A stretch of 64,000 nt of DNA from Octopus vulgaris. Lineage: Eukaryota. The position numbers were made by a program, and so were the translations under genes. Positions 10,975-22,566 of the stretch are shown here, piece after piece; the stretch's first letter is position 1; each line of letters opens with the position of its first letter. The notes beneath the pieces are model-generated. The model made no database searches and was not told the origin of the DNA. It saw nothing but the letters and a program-made list of their open reading frames with translations. The stretch is from positions 56,606,001-56,670,000 of the forward strand of contig OX597829.1 in assembly GCA_951406725.2 (NCBI GenBank), in the 5' to 3' direction.

Positions 10975-11204
10975 CAGAGAATGAGACATCATTCATCTGT
11001 CTCCCCACCCCGCCTCCACCTACACAAAAATTAGTTTGGGCGCGGAAAACTTTTGTTTTTGTTTTTTCTTAAAACGTTAGTATGAAGCTGTAAAACTTTG
11101 AGAAAGAGAGAAAGAGAGGGGGCAGAGAGTGTTGAGAGAGATCAGAAACGAAAATTAGAACGTGACATTTGCTGACCTGTCGTAATTGCTTAATTGCAAT
11201 TCCA

Positions 11205-11350
11205 GGGGTGCTAATGTAGATTTGCACCTCTCCTAGAAAAAATGCATTTTTCTGAAAAAGTTTATTTGGAGTCCTAGGTTTTATATGTCAGAATAAACTT
11301 TTTCAGAAAAATACATTTCTGAAGGGGAGGTGTGAATTTGCATTAGCCCC
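11205..11350. repeat. Fold-back hairpin (~60-bp arms, ~23-nt loop)
   Basis: 11210-11267 is the reverse complement of 11291-11347, with 7 substitutions and one indel region. Confidence 0.85.
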
Positions 11351-11759
11351 ATTCCCAAATCTTTTAGTGGGTGCATCAAATAGCTTTTCTGTCATCCTCA
11401 AAAACTTCACGGATGCGAAAATGAAGGACATATATAACAGGTATGTAGAACATATATTTCTGTACTTTCTGTTTATTCGTATAAATCATTGAAATTGTTG
11501 TGTGCGCGCACACAGACACGAATACACCAATTATACACAATTTCTATGTATATTTAATAACAAACCATATAATTCACACCCAGGAAATTTTATTTCTGTA
11601 AAATGCTGGGAGTGGGTGAAACTTCTGAGGCTTCCACCTCACCCCACTCCATTTTTCGAACTGCAAAAAGGGTTTTCTACCTTGTTGGGATGGGTTATGT
11701 TAGCATGTCACAGGAATTCAACCAACAAAAAGAAAAAAAATCCAATTCGCCACCCCCTT

Positions 11760-12115
11760 TTCCAAACCAAAATAAGAGATTTGCAGTATAATAGGGTAAG
11801 GAGGTCAGAGTACTTGATTCCACGCAAAAAATCCGAATTTTTAAAAAATTATTTTTCCTTAGTGAAAATTCCGGGGGGGAGGGCTCCCTTCCGAACTAAA
11901 ATATGGGATTTACAGCATATTAGGAAGGAGGTCAGGGTACTTGATTCCACGCAAAAAATCCGAGTTTTTTTTTTTGTGTGAAAATTTCGTGGGGGGGAAT
12001 CCGTTCCGGACCAATTCCGAACCAAAATATGGGATTTGCAGCATATTAGGAAGGAGGTCAGGGTACTTGATTCCACGCAAAAAATCCGAGTTTTTTTTTT
12101 TTTAGTGAAAATCGT
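11760..12115. repeat. Three tandem ~127-bp units
   Basis: Units start near 11760, 11889 and 12015, each with aaggaggtcagggtacttgattccacgcaaaaaatccga. Confidence 0.9.
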
Positions 12116-12167
12116 GTGGGTGTTACTCATTAATTTTACCCATTCATCTACATACATATACATATAT

Positions 12168-12470
12168 ACATCATCATCATCATCGTTTAACGTCCGTTCT
12201 CCATGCTAGCATGGGTTGGACGGTTCGACCGGGGATCTGGTAAGCCAGAAGGCTGCCCCAGGCTCCGGTCTTATCTGGCAATGTTTCTACAGCTCTTCCT
12301 AACGCCAACCACTCCGTGAGTGTAGTGGGTGCTTTTTACGTGCCACCTGCACTGGAGCCAGGCGAGGCTGGCATCGGCCACGGCCGGATTGGTGCATTTT
12401 ACATGCCACCTGCACGGAAGCCAGTCGAGGCGGCACTGGCTTCGGCCACGATTCGGATGGTGCTTTTTAC
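12168..12470 (-). mobile_element. RTE 3' UTR fragment with (GAT)n tail
   Basis: catcatcgtttaacgtccg...ccatgctagcatgggttgga, homologous to 5121-5400. Confidence 0.9.
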
Positions 12471-12507
12471 ATACATATATATACATACATATACATATAT
12501 ATATACA

Positions 12508-13333
12508 CTAGCAGCATAGCCCGGCGTTGCCCAGGTATGTAAGAACCCCTAGTAGGCAACGACTAATCCCAATCTAGTCCTTTCCCTCTAGGGAATGAAG
12601 GCGCATGTGTAGGTTGCAATGTCTTCTCTTCACTCCCAAATAACTATCGATAATTCAACCCAACCAATTCCTACCAGGAAGAAATTACATTCGAGACTTT
12701 ACCCCACTTTTGCTAATAGCTGCTGTTATTCGAATACTTTTTTTGTTTACACATTCTTTATAACTACCACCCCAAACGTTTTACCTTAAATTTTTGACGT
12801 ACCCTAAGGGTCCTCGGACGCTACTTGCAAACTCTTGGTTTATTATAAACCGCTTTTGTCGTGTGCACCAAAAAACCTTTTCCATTCGTTTGTTCAGTTT
12901 GGTCACTTTTGACTTTTTCGTTGTTGTCACTCACATTGCTGCCCGCTTTTTTGCCGTTTTTGTACATTTTTATACATTTTGGGATACTTACCACATGTGT
13001 TCCGAGAGTTAAAAAGGTCAGTCTGTGGTTTGTGTTTAATACACAAATCAGTTTGCTATGTGTGCCAAATATGATTTAATTAACCGATTTTTTCCAGTAA
13101 TAAAGTATCCTATTGGAATAAAAAGGGCCATATAGCTCCTTGGAGCAGACATGATGCTCGCTGTGAATTTTAAGAAAAATTCCTGCCAATTTGTGAAAGA
13201 TATTGTCGAAAATATGTCATCTTGAATTTGAACGCGATTTCCCAAAATGGCATGATTTTATCAATTTTTTCTGATGGTAAGGTATTGCATGGAAAACTAG
13301 TATAGTGTGATTGGACGCTCAGGAAACGAAAGA
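12508..13333 (-). mobile_element. Complete non-autonomous Helitron (~826 bp)
   Basis: On the minus strand it starts A|TC (13333) and ends with a GC-rich hairpin-like cctgggcaacgccggg then CTAG|T (12508); inserted between A and T with no TSD. Confidence 0.7.
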
Positions 13334-13359
13334 TATATATATATAAATATACATATATA

Positions 13360-13626
13360 CATCACCATGACCAACCAGATGTATCAGATGTTGCTACACA
13401 TCGCTGGTCACAATGCACTTCGCACTGTCTTAGCCTTCAAATGACGCCACCCCGCTGTCTAAGCGAGCAGGCCTACAGAAGAAAGAGTGAGAGAAAGTTA
13501 TGGTGAAAGAGTGGAGCTTTTAGGTGTTTTCGGTCAATAAACACTCACAACGCCCGGTCTGGGAATTGAAACCGCGATCCTCTGACCGCGAGTCCGCTGC
13601 CCTAACCACTTGGCCATTGCACCTCC
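13360..13626 (-). mobile_element. tRNA-derived SINE (family B head, tail type 1)
   Basis: Head ggaggtgcaatggccaagtggttagggcagcggactcgcgg...gtttcaattccc matches the 51117 copy; the 3' part differs. Confidence 0.85.
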
Positions 13627-13730
13627 ACACACACACACATATATATATACATACATATATATGTATACATACATATGCATATATATATATATGATGATGA
13701 GGATAATATATACACACATACACACACATA

Positions 13731-13788
<58 letters not shown>

Positions 13789-13789
13789 T

Positions 13790-14386
13790 ATCATCATCAT
13801 CATTGTTTAACGTCTACTTTCCATGCTAGCATGGGTTGGACAATTTGACTGAGGACTGACAAACCAGATGGCTGCACCAGACTCCAATCTGATCTGGTAT
13901 GGTTTCTACAGCTGGATGCCGTTCCTAACGCCAACCACTCCAAGAGTGTAGTGGGTGCTTTTCTGTGCCACTGGCATGACGGTCAGTATGGCAGTACTGG
14001 CAAGTGCCATGCTCAAGTGGTGTTTTTTATGTGCCACCTGCACAGGAGCCAGTCCAGCGGCAACGACTTCACTCAAATGTTTTGTTCACATGCCACCGGT
14101 ATAAGTGCCATTAAGGCAATGCTGGTAACGATCATCTCCTCTCGCTAGTGATCCCGCTCGGATGGAGCCGTTAGTACTCCACTGGCACAGGTGCCAGTCA
14201 TCGAATTTGGTTTGATTTCGATTTCTCTTGCCTCAACAGGTCTTCGCAAGCAGAGTTTAGTGTCCAAAGAAGGAAAGGTACGCATAAGTGGGCTGGTTAC
14301 ATCCTTGGTAAAGGCGACGTGTTATGGTCTCACTTGGCTTACCAGGTCTTCTCAAGCATAGCATATTTTCAAAGGTCTCAGTCACT
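13790..14386 (-). mobile_element. RTE 3' end fragment (older subfamily)
   Basis: (GAT)n tail, VNTR units and ORF-end homology to 5121-5885. Confidence 0.85.
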
Positions 14387-14644
14387 ATACATACATATAC
14401 ATATATATATATATATGTATACATACATATATACATACGTATATACATACATATATATATACATACACATATATATATATATGTATACATACATATATAC
14501 ATATACATACACACATACGTATATACATACATATATACATACACATATATACACACACATATATATATATACATACAAATATACATACATATACATATAT
14601 ATATATACAAATATACATACATACGCATATATATACATACATAC

Positions 14645-16160
14645 TTCTCAAACGCAGTGGGTACTTTCTTCTAAACCAACTTTCACTATTCTTCCAATTC
14701 TGTCTTGACAATGGTGTCACTCCAGAGCAGTGGAAAACTGCCAGTGTTATCCCTCTGTTCAAAAAAAGTGACCGCACATTGCCTGTCAACTATCGCCCCG
14801 TTAGTCTTACTAGCTGAATCGCCAAACTGATGGAATCCTGTGTCAGAGAAACCCTCTGGAACTTCTGGAAGTTTCACAGCCTCATCCAGTCGTCACAATT
14901 TGTTTTTATTCCTAACTCCAGCTGCTGTAATCAACTCAACGAGTTTCTTGAGGACGTTACGCGAATCACTGATCGCGGATCCTGGGTGGATATTGTTTAC
15001 CTGGACTTTGCTAAGGCTTTTAATTCTGTGCCACACAAAAGACTTATGGTGAAACTCTCTGCAGTGGGTGCAAGAGACAATCTCTATAACTGGTTGAAGT
15101 CCTTTATTATCAGCCAAAAAGAGGTTGTCACAGTTCTAGGACAGCACTCTTCACCCTATAAGATGGCATCTGGTGTACCACAGGGATCTGTTCTTGGCCC
15201 CCTTTTATTTGTTGCATAGATGCCAACTTAAAGAATGCCACAGTGCTGAAATATGCAGATGACATCAAGCTGTACCTCGAAATAAAGAGGTCAGATCCTG
15301 TACACTATAGACCTTTATTGCAATCATACCTGGACACAATGCAGCAATGGATCATGGACTGGCAACTCAAGCTGGCTGTGGACTAATGTACCACCATGCA
15401 TTTGGGGAGGAGAAACCCAGCGTCTGCTTACTCCCTCCACAACACTAATCTCAAAAAGTCTTCTTGTGAACATGACCTGGGCGTTATTGTCAACAGCAAT
15501 TTGTGTTGGACAAACACATCGCTAAAATTGCCAAGAAGGCTGAGGGTGTCTTGGCATCACTCACCAAGTCCTTTATGAGCTGCTCTCCGGCTATCTATAG
15601 CTATGGTACGACCTCACTTGGAACCCTTATCTTGCCCAAGATAATAATCATCTGGAAGCTGTTCAGCGATGGGCAACCAAGCATTTTCCATATTCTGAAT
15701 GCCTTACTTCTCTGGGTATGGATACATTGAAACTCCAACATCTGGCAGCTGACTTGGCAGACACCCATAAAATTATTAACCATCTTACAAACAATAACTC
15801 TGAGCACCTTTTCAAACTCCACCTTTCTAACACTCGTGGACATGTTTACAAAGTCAGAAAACAGCACAGCTCCTATGACTTCAGGAAACATTTTTTCATG
15901 CTAAGAGTTGCCGAAGTATGGAACAAACTGCCGGCATCAGTTGTTAGTTGTCGGAGCACTGCATCCTTCAAAACTGCCATGCTTCCTGAGATTTGCCAAA
16001 ACTACACCTGATCTTTCTCCCCTCCATACACACACAAGCATGTATCTGACTCATACATTGTTCGCTTTCCAGACATTTCTACATTGCTGCATGTACTTTA
16101 TATGCACTTTCTGACAAGTTGTGGTGCACCTGAGCACTGTATACAATAATTTCATTATTA
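14645..16160 (+). mobile_element. CR1-type LINE RT fragment with 3' end (second family), degenerate
   Basis: [52 protein letters not shown]...FF..RV..VWNKLP; ends ttcattatta. Confidence 0.9.
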
Positions 16161-16288
16161 TACATATGTATATATATATACACATACACACACACACACA
16201 TACATATATGTACATATACACACATATATATATACATATACACACATATATATATACATATACACATATATATATACATATACACATA

Positions 16289-16408
16289 AGGCCCAGTCTG
16301 ATCACTGCCAGATCAGACTGGGTCTGGTGCAGCCTTCTGGCTTCCCAGACCCCAGTTGAACCATCCAACCCATGCCAGCATGGAAAGCGGACGTTAAATG
16401 ATGATGAT
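16289..16408 (+). mobile_element. RTE extreme 3' fragment with small 5' inversion
   Basis: Matches 46778-46886; begins with an inverted 15-mer. Confidence 0.85.
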
Positions 16409-16808
16409 ACACACATATATATATACATACACACCATTCTTGGTTTTTTTATTTCTATTTTTCGTTTCTTGTATTTATATTCGTGTGGCATCCTGTCTTT
16501 GTTTCGTATACATTCGACCCACTTTCCAAGAAATCCAATGCCTGTGGCTTAGTTTTTCATTGGGGCTGGCCGGTTCGGAGTGATATCGAGATTAAACAGA
16601 CGAAATTGCTAAGATGATCCGGTTCCGACTGAAGATTAGAGGCTTCGAGTGACCTGTCTGTTTTTTTTGTGTCGTCTCTTTGTGTGTTTTTGCGTTCTTG
16701 CCCCACTTTGTAATTTATATTTTATATTTAATTTCTATACATATATATATATATACACATATGTATATATATACATACATATACACACATATATATATAT
16801 ATACATAT

Positions 16809-16861
<53 letters not shown>

Positions 16862-16869
16862 TATATATA

Positions 16870-18055
16870 TTGGGTTGGCTACTAAGTTCCAGCCATTTTT
16901 TTTTTTATTTAAATTTTTTAAAAGATTTAATAAAAAATACCAACTAATTAATCAATAATGTATTCACCCTTGTTGTTTACAACTTCTTCCCAACGTTAAA
17001 CAAGATTTTCAATACCTTGTTGGTAGAAATCACCCAATTTCGACTCATAAAATTGATCTCACCAATCTCTCAATTCTGCAACAGTATTTAACAAAACTCC
17101 ATGCATAGCATTTGAAAGAGGTGGAAATCCGATGGTGCCAAATCAGGAGAGGACGGCGAGTGTGGCAGCACTTTGCGGCCATTCGTTTGAATGGCTTCCT
17201 TGGTCATATTGGCGATATGAGGTCGGGGGTTGTCGTACAGCAGAACTCCATGATATAGCCGTGTTGAGTCGTTTCATCTGTTGAACATAGAGTTCCGCGT
17301 TGACCGTTTGGTTCTGTTCAAGCAATTCGTAATGGATAATCCCTTCCCAGTCCCACCATATGCACAACATCATTTTACACGGATAAAGATCTTGTTTCAC
17401 GCGCGGTGTCGCTTGTTTACCGGGGCAAAGCCATTCCTTACGCTGCTTCATATTGATGTACAGGCACCATTTTTCGTCGCCAGTAACGATTCAGTAAAGA
17501 AATCACTTGTGTCCATGAGTTGAGTGGTGATGAGCCAGCAAACCAGCGGAGATTGTGGCTCGTTGATTTTTGTTGTTGTCAGTTAAAGCATGCAGAACCT
17601 ATGCTCCATACTTCTGAGCCTTTCCATCAAGTGTGTGGGAGCATTCCATTTTATCTGCCAGTTCCCTTGTCATTTGACAAGAATTTTTTGTGCAAAGGTT
17701 GGTTTAATCGCTCTTCATCAAACTCAACTGGATGACCAGAACAAGGTGCATCTTTGAAGTCAAAATTTCCATTTTTGAACTTGGCATACCAATCACGAGC
17801 GGTTCTTTCAGCTATGGTACCCTCTCCATACACAGCACAAATGTCGCAAGCAGCTTTTGCAGCCTTAGAACCTTGATTAAAAGCAAAAAGAAGGTGTCGA
17901 AAATGCTCGTTTTTCTTAACTTGACATTCCATTTTAATAATCTGAAAATAAACAAAAATTAACTAAAATTAATTAGAAAAAAAACAAAATAGATTCATAA
18001 ATAAAAATCTCAAAAAAAATTTAAAAAAACAGTGGGAACTTAGTTGCCAACCCAA
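16870..18055 (-). mobile_element. mariner DNA transposon, near full length, frameshifted transposase
   Basis: TIRs ttgggttggctactaagttcc / ggaacttagttgccaacccaa flanked by TA. Transposase from 17932 (MECQVKKNEHFRH...WYAKFKNGNFD) and MLCIWWDWEGIIHYELL. Confidence 0.92.
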
Positions 18056-18076
18056 TATATATATATATATACATAT

Positions 18077-18224
18077 AAAATATAAATAAGTAACAAAGAT
18101 GTATACGTGTCAATTCATTATGGCCGTTTCAAGCAACTCTTTTAATTGATCAATGAAAACATTACATCATTGCAAACGTAATGGACTGACACCTGTACCT
18201 CTTTTACTATTCGTTTATATTTTA
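18077..18224. repeat. Degenerate ~45-bp inverted repeat around a decayed hammerhead-like remnant
   Basis: aaaatataaataagtaacaaagatgtatacgtgtcaattcatta versus the reverse complement of taatggactgacacctgtacctcttttactattcgtttatatttt; GAAACGGCCATA on the minus strand between them. Confidence 0.5.
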
Positions 18225-18769
18225 CTCACCTATACTAGAATCTGTGCTTCAGAAATACTATAGAAAGTATCTTAATATAAAAGATACATGTCTGAATAGC
18301 CAACAGCAGATCTCTTCACTCAGCTAGATCGTATTATCTGCAAATGCAGCAAGAATACCATGTGGACAGAACTTCTGCACTTTGTCTGATATTCACTTAA
18401 TATTGTTGGGGTGTGCATTGTTGCTCTGACTCAACAAGGTGCCTCAATTTAAGAACCTAATTCAACTGAATCTTTATATATATATACCTACCTACATATA
18501 TACAAAGAAACACACACACAACCAGTATAAATGTTGGTGTTTTGTAGATTGAATTTATCTTGTCATGCGATATGTGCTTCTAGAGATAGGAGTGGAGAGT
18601 ATAAAAGGGAGAGTTAACATAAGAGGTGCAGGAAGAATGCACATATTTGGTTTGTTGATAGGCAATGAGTAAAGTGTGCTACATACACAAAGAATCAAAG
18701 ACAGAATGAGGAAGAGAGGGAGTAAACGATGGAGTAGTGAGAGAGACAAACAGATATATATATATATAT

Positions 18770-19013
18770 TTCTTTACTACCCACAAGCGGCTAAACACAG
18801 AGGGGACAAACAAGGACAGACAAATGGTTTAAGTCGATTATATCGACCCCAGTGCGTAACTGGTACTTATTTAATCGACCCCGAAAGGATGAAAGGCAAA
18901 GTCAACCTCGGTGGAATTTGAACTCAGAACGTAACGGTAGACGCATTTGAACTCAGAACGTAACGGTAGACGCATTTCGCCCGACGTGCTAACGTTTCTG
19001 CCAGCTCGCCGCC
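18770..19013 (-). mobile_element. tRNA-derived SINE (family C) with 29-bp internal tandem duplication
   Basis: Head ggcggcgagctggcagaaacg, B box gttcaaat, central gcctttcatcctttcggggtcgat. Related copies at 54060-54245 and 57245-57405. Confidence 0.8.
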
Positions 19014-19055
<42 letters not shown>

Positions 19056-19459
19056 AAGTGAGGGAGGGGGAGAGAGAACTGAAAGCTCAACAGTTCAAAA
19101 TGATAAAATAAAGTGTAATAAAAAACAAACAAAAATAGTGAGAATAAAAACCATAAAACAAAATAGAGAGAATAAAAGCGAGAGATAGAGAAAGTAGGAT
19201 GAGAAGGTGATGGAGAGGAGAAAGACTAGATGTAGAAAGTGATAGGTAGTGGTATAATAAAAAGAAGTATCATGGATTGAAAAAGGTATTTAAACAGTTC
19301 AGAGTGTAAAATAATTTTTCTATATTCATCTCTGTAAAACTTTGTTTTATAGAAATATATTAACATAAAGAAAACTAAGTTTGTATCAAATGTAGACAGA
19401 AAAATGTTTGTATTAGGTAAAGTGAGGACAGATGGTTTTGTTGTCTTGGGAGGGTCTTT

Positions 19460-19740
19460 GCACCAATAATGATACATGCACTGGTTCAATTTCACTTCTT
19501 TATTGTTAGTCAATTGGTTAAATATCTAACCAACTAACTAATCAATTGTTTGTTTAATGTGCTTGTTAAAACAACTAATCAGTTGTTTGTTTGTTACTCA
19601 AAGTTCTTTTGCTGCTGTTCTTAACCTTTTCAATAACTCAGGGACTTCCCTTCCACTTGTTGACACTAAACAAACAATCAATTAGTTATTTGGTTAAATA
19701 AACAAGTGGAATTGAAACTGTGCATGTGTTATTATTGGCA
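19460..19740. mobile_element. Palindromic MITE-like fold-back
   Basis: ccaataatgatacatgcactggttcaatttcactt and taaccaactaactaatcaattgtttgttta have reverse complements at 19664-19740. Confidence 0.65.
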
Positions 19741-19817
19741 TATTTTAAGATATTTTTTTCCTTAAAAATTAATATTCATTTCATCATTTTGTATTAGCAC
19801 CAAGAAATTTTATAGAA

Positions 19818-19955
19818 ATCATCATTTAATGTCCACTTTCCATGCTGGCATGGATGGGACAGTTTGACAAGAGCTAGCCAAGCAGAAGCCTGCATCAGAC
19901 TTCTGTGACAGTTTTGCAGTTGGATGCCCTTCCTAACACCAAACACTTAGCAGAG
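19818..19955 (-). mobile_element. RTE-type 3' tail fragment
   Basis: atcatcatttaatgtccactttccatgctggcatgg...ggatgcccttcctaac. Confidence 0.75.
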
Positions 19956-20446
19956 AAGTGATAATTATAATGTCGTATTTCCTGATATTATTATTTATCA
20001 AGGCAAAAAATATACTTTGAAAACTACCAGTCATGTGACAGGTAATACTCCACTATATATCTATCTCTCTCTCTCTCTATATATATATATATACATACAT
20101 ACAAACATATACACACACACTTGTATCACTTAGGTCTATGTCTGTTGGCTCTTATTGTGTAATATGTTGTATTATAGAGCCATGAATCACCCATGTTTCT
20201 TCAAATATCAGGGGTAGGCATAACTCTATCTCTAAAAGGCTGTAAACACAATTCATCTGCAAAATTATCACTGTCACTAACAGAATGTTAACAATTGTTT
20301 TTCAAATCTGCAGCAAACAAGCTGCTACAGCAACCAATCAATTGTTCTGTAGATCATTTCAATAACAATCACTTTTACCCAACTTTCTCATGAGAAAAAT
20401 ATATTATCTTTCCTTATAAACAATGAAATCTATTGACTAGAACTTA

Positions 20447-21432
20447 TGAGGTGCATTCCAGAAGTTTTGAGACTTATTTTAGGTGGTTCAAGAATGATAG
20501 AGAGAGGGTGGGAGGTATGAGAGGGACACTAGCATAACTTGAGCTGGTTGAGAAAATTCACAATTTTCTGTACAAAGACCATCATGCTGCAGATTTTCTC
20601 ACTGGTCACCAAAGACTCAGGTACTTTTGAATTGGAGATACATAGCTTAATCATCTCCCTACTGCTACTAATGTGTTACTGTTCCTTCTGATCATCATCG
20701 AGTACCCTGGGAACAAACTTTGCACATGTTTATATCTTCATGAATAATTCTGTGCATAGTTGTCACACCAACTCCAAACTGTATAGCTATTGTCTTTATA
20801 GACAGCTGGGAGTTGGTGTGACAACCGTACTCAGAATTATTCATGAAGATTTAATCATGTGCAAAATGTATTCTTCCCAGGGTTTCTCAGTGACGACAGG
20901 AGGAAAGATGCATTGGTGACAGCAGGGAGATGGCCGAGTTGATTATCTCCAATCCAAAAGTACTCGAGTCTCTGGATCTACTGTTTTGATCTAATGGAAG
21001 CATCCTGGTTCCCCCAGACACAAGAAGGCCACTGTTTATGATGATCCCCTCTTTCAACAGCAAGGGCAACATCTACTGGCCAGACAGTCAACAGATTAGT
21101 TTGTGGAGGTGTTGAGGGATCAAGGAAAAAATTTCATCACAGAAGGCCGGGGTTTTGAATCAGTACCAGTTTGGAACTCTATCCTGGTAACCAACTACTT
21201 GACAGAGATGCGCATCAAAGCTGTCCCTCACCCTCCCTACAGTCCAGACCTCGATCCCTGTGACTTTTGGTAGTTCCCCAAGCTTAAAGACGGGCCCTGG
21301 ACAACTTCTATAAAGCCTTCACTAAGTGACTGGAGTTCCACAAGTGCATTGAATTCAGAGGATCTTACTTTGAAGAAGAGTAGAGTTTTATACTTCTTTG
21401 GAATTGTCTCAAAATTTATGGAATGCACCTTG
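20447..21432 (+). mobile_element. Internally rearranged mariner-like element
   Basis: TIRs tgaggtgcattccagaagttttgagac / gtctcaaaatttatggaatgcaccttg with TA; PHPPYSPDLDPCDFW motif near 21225-21270. Confidence 0.8.
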
Positions 21433-21928
21433 TATATACAAATCATTTGTCAAAAGATAAAGCTGGCATTCTATTATTATTATGGGTTTCAAATTCTAGA
21501 TACAATCTCCTGAATAAAAGCTTTTTGACTTAAAATGTCCTGATCATAAATTAACATCCATTTTTATGATGGCATGAACTATACACCACATACTTTGATT
21601 CTAAAAAATTACAGCACATTAATATCCGATTCACCACCTTTTCTATGAAAAGGAGCCAAATTCTGTCACATCACAGTCTATGACCTTAAAAAAAAATGAA
21701 GGATCACTACACCAGCAAATGTTAGATGTTTAAATACAGATTAGTCATGGTTGAAATACCTCATTACCAGTTCTGAACAATTTCCTGTATGGCCAACAGT
21801 ATATTGCATTCTTTTTATACACAGCATTCACCATGTTAACATTGAAATGTATCAGTTTAATACCCAACAACTAACTCCTTCGTACTCTATTTCATTCATT
21901 CAAACAAATCAGCATTACATTTAACATA

Positions 21929-22566
21929 TCAGGTTGGTGCAAAAGTAATTGTACTTTTTAACAATCAACTTTAAGTCAACATTTTTCTGCTCAGAATGAA
22001 TTTCCTTAATGAAAATAATGCTTCTAACTTATAGCAAGTCTATTTCTGTAGCATACAATTCCAAATCTTGAAAAAGTGGCCTGTTAAGTAGATATCTAGA
22101 GAATAAGCTAGGTGAAATAGTGTTTTGTAGACTTGTTTGTTAAATTTCTGCAGATTCAATTGGTAAGACCAAGGTCAGGTATTGGTGAAGAATTAGGGCT
22201 TTCAAATGACCAATGTCAGCTGTAAATGTTGCATTTCTTGGTGTGCTTTGTCAATTTCATGGCAATACTTTCCTGCTGTGATGGTTTACCAGGATTCAAA
22301 ATATTAGAGGATTCCACTAAAGGGATAACCTACTTTCCATACAACTTCAGTTTGGGCAAGTGCTTAGAAGCTTCACCTCAGTCCAGCCACAAAGTGTCTG
22401 TATAAGCCTTTTAAGCTTTTCAGAGATGCAAATGTTGAACAACATAAGCAGTGAAAGGAAACAATTATAAATTAACTAATGGGAATTGGCACTTAAAAAT
22501 GGTATATCAAATAAGCAAAATTAAAAAAGAAAAAAAAAATGCATTTATATTTTTGCACCATCCTAA
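21929..22566. mobile_element. Deleted mariner with Hsmar1/MADE1-like TIRs
   Basis: tcaggttggtgcaaaagtaattg at the left end and ttttgcaccatcctaa at the right end. Confidence 0.65.

Noticed and set aside
16590-16675. GAAA and CTGAAGA motifs suggesting a hammerhead
   Set aside because: Order and helices do not fit a hammerhead topology.
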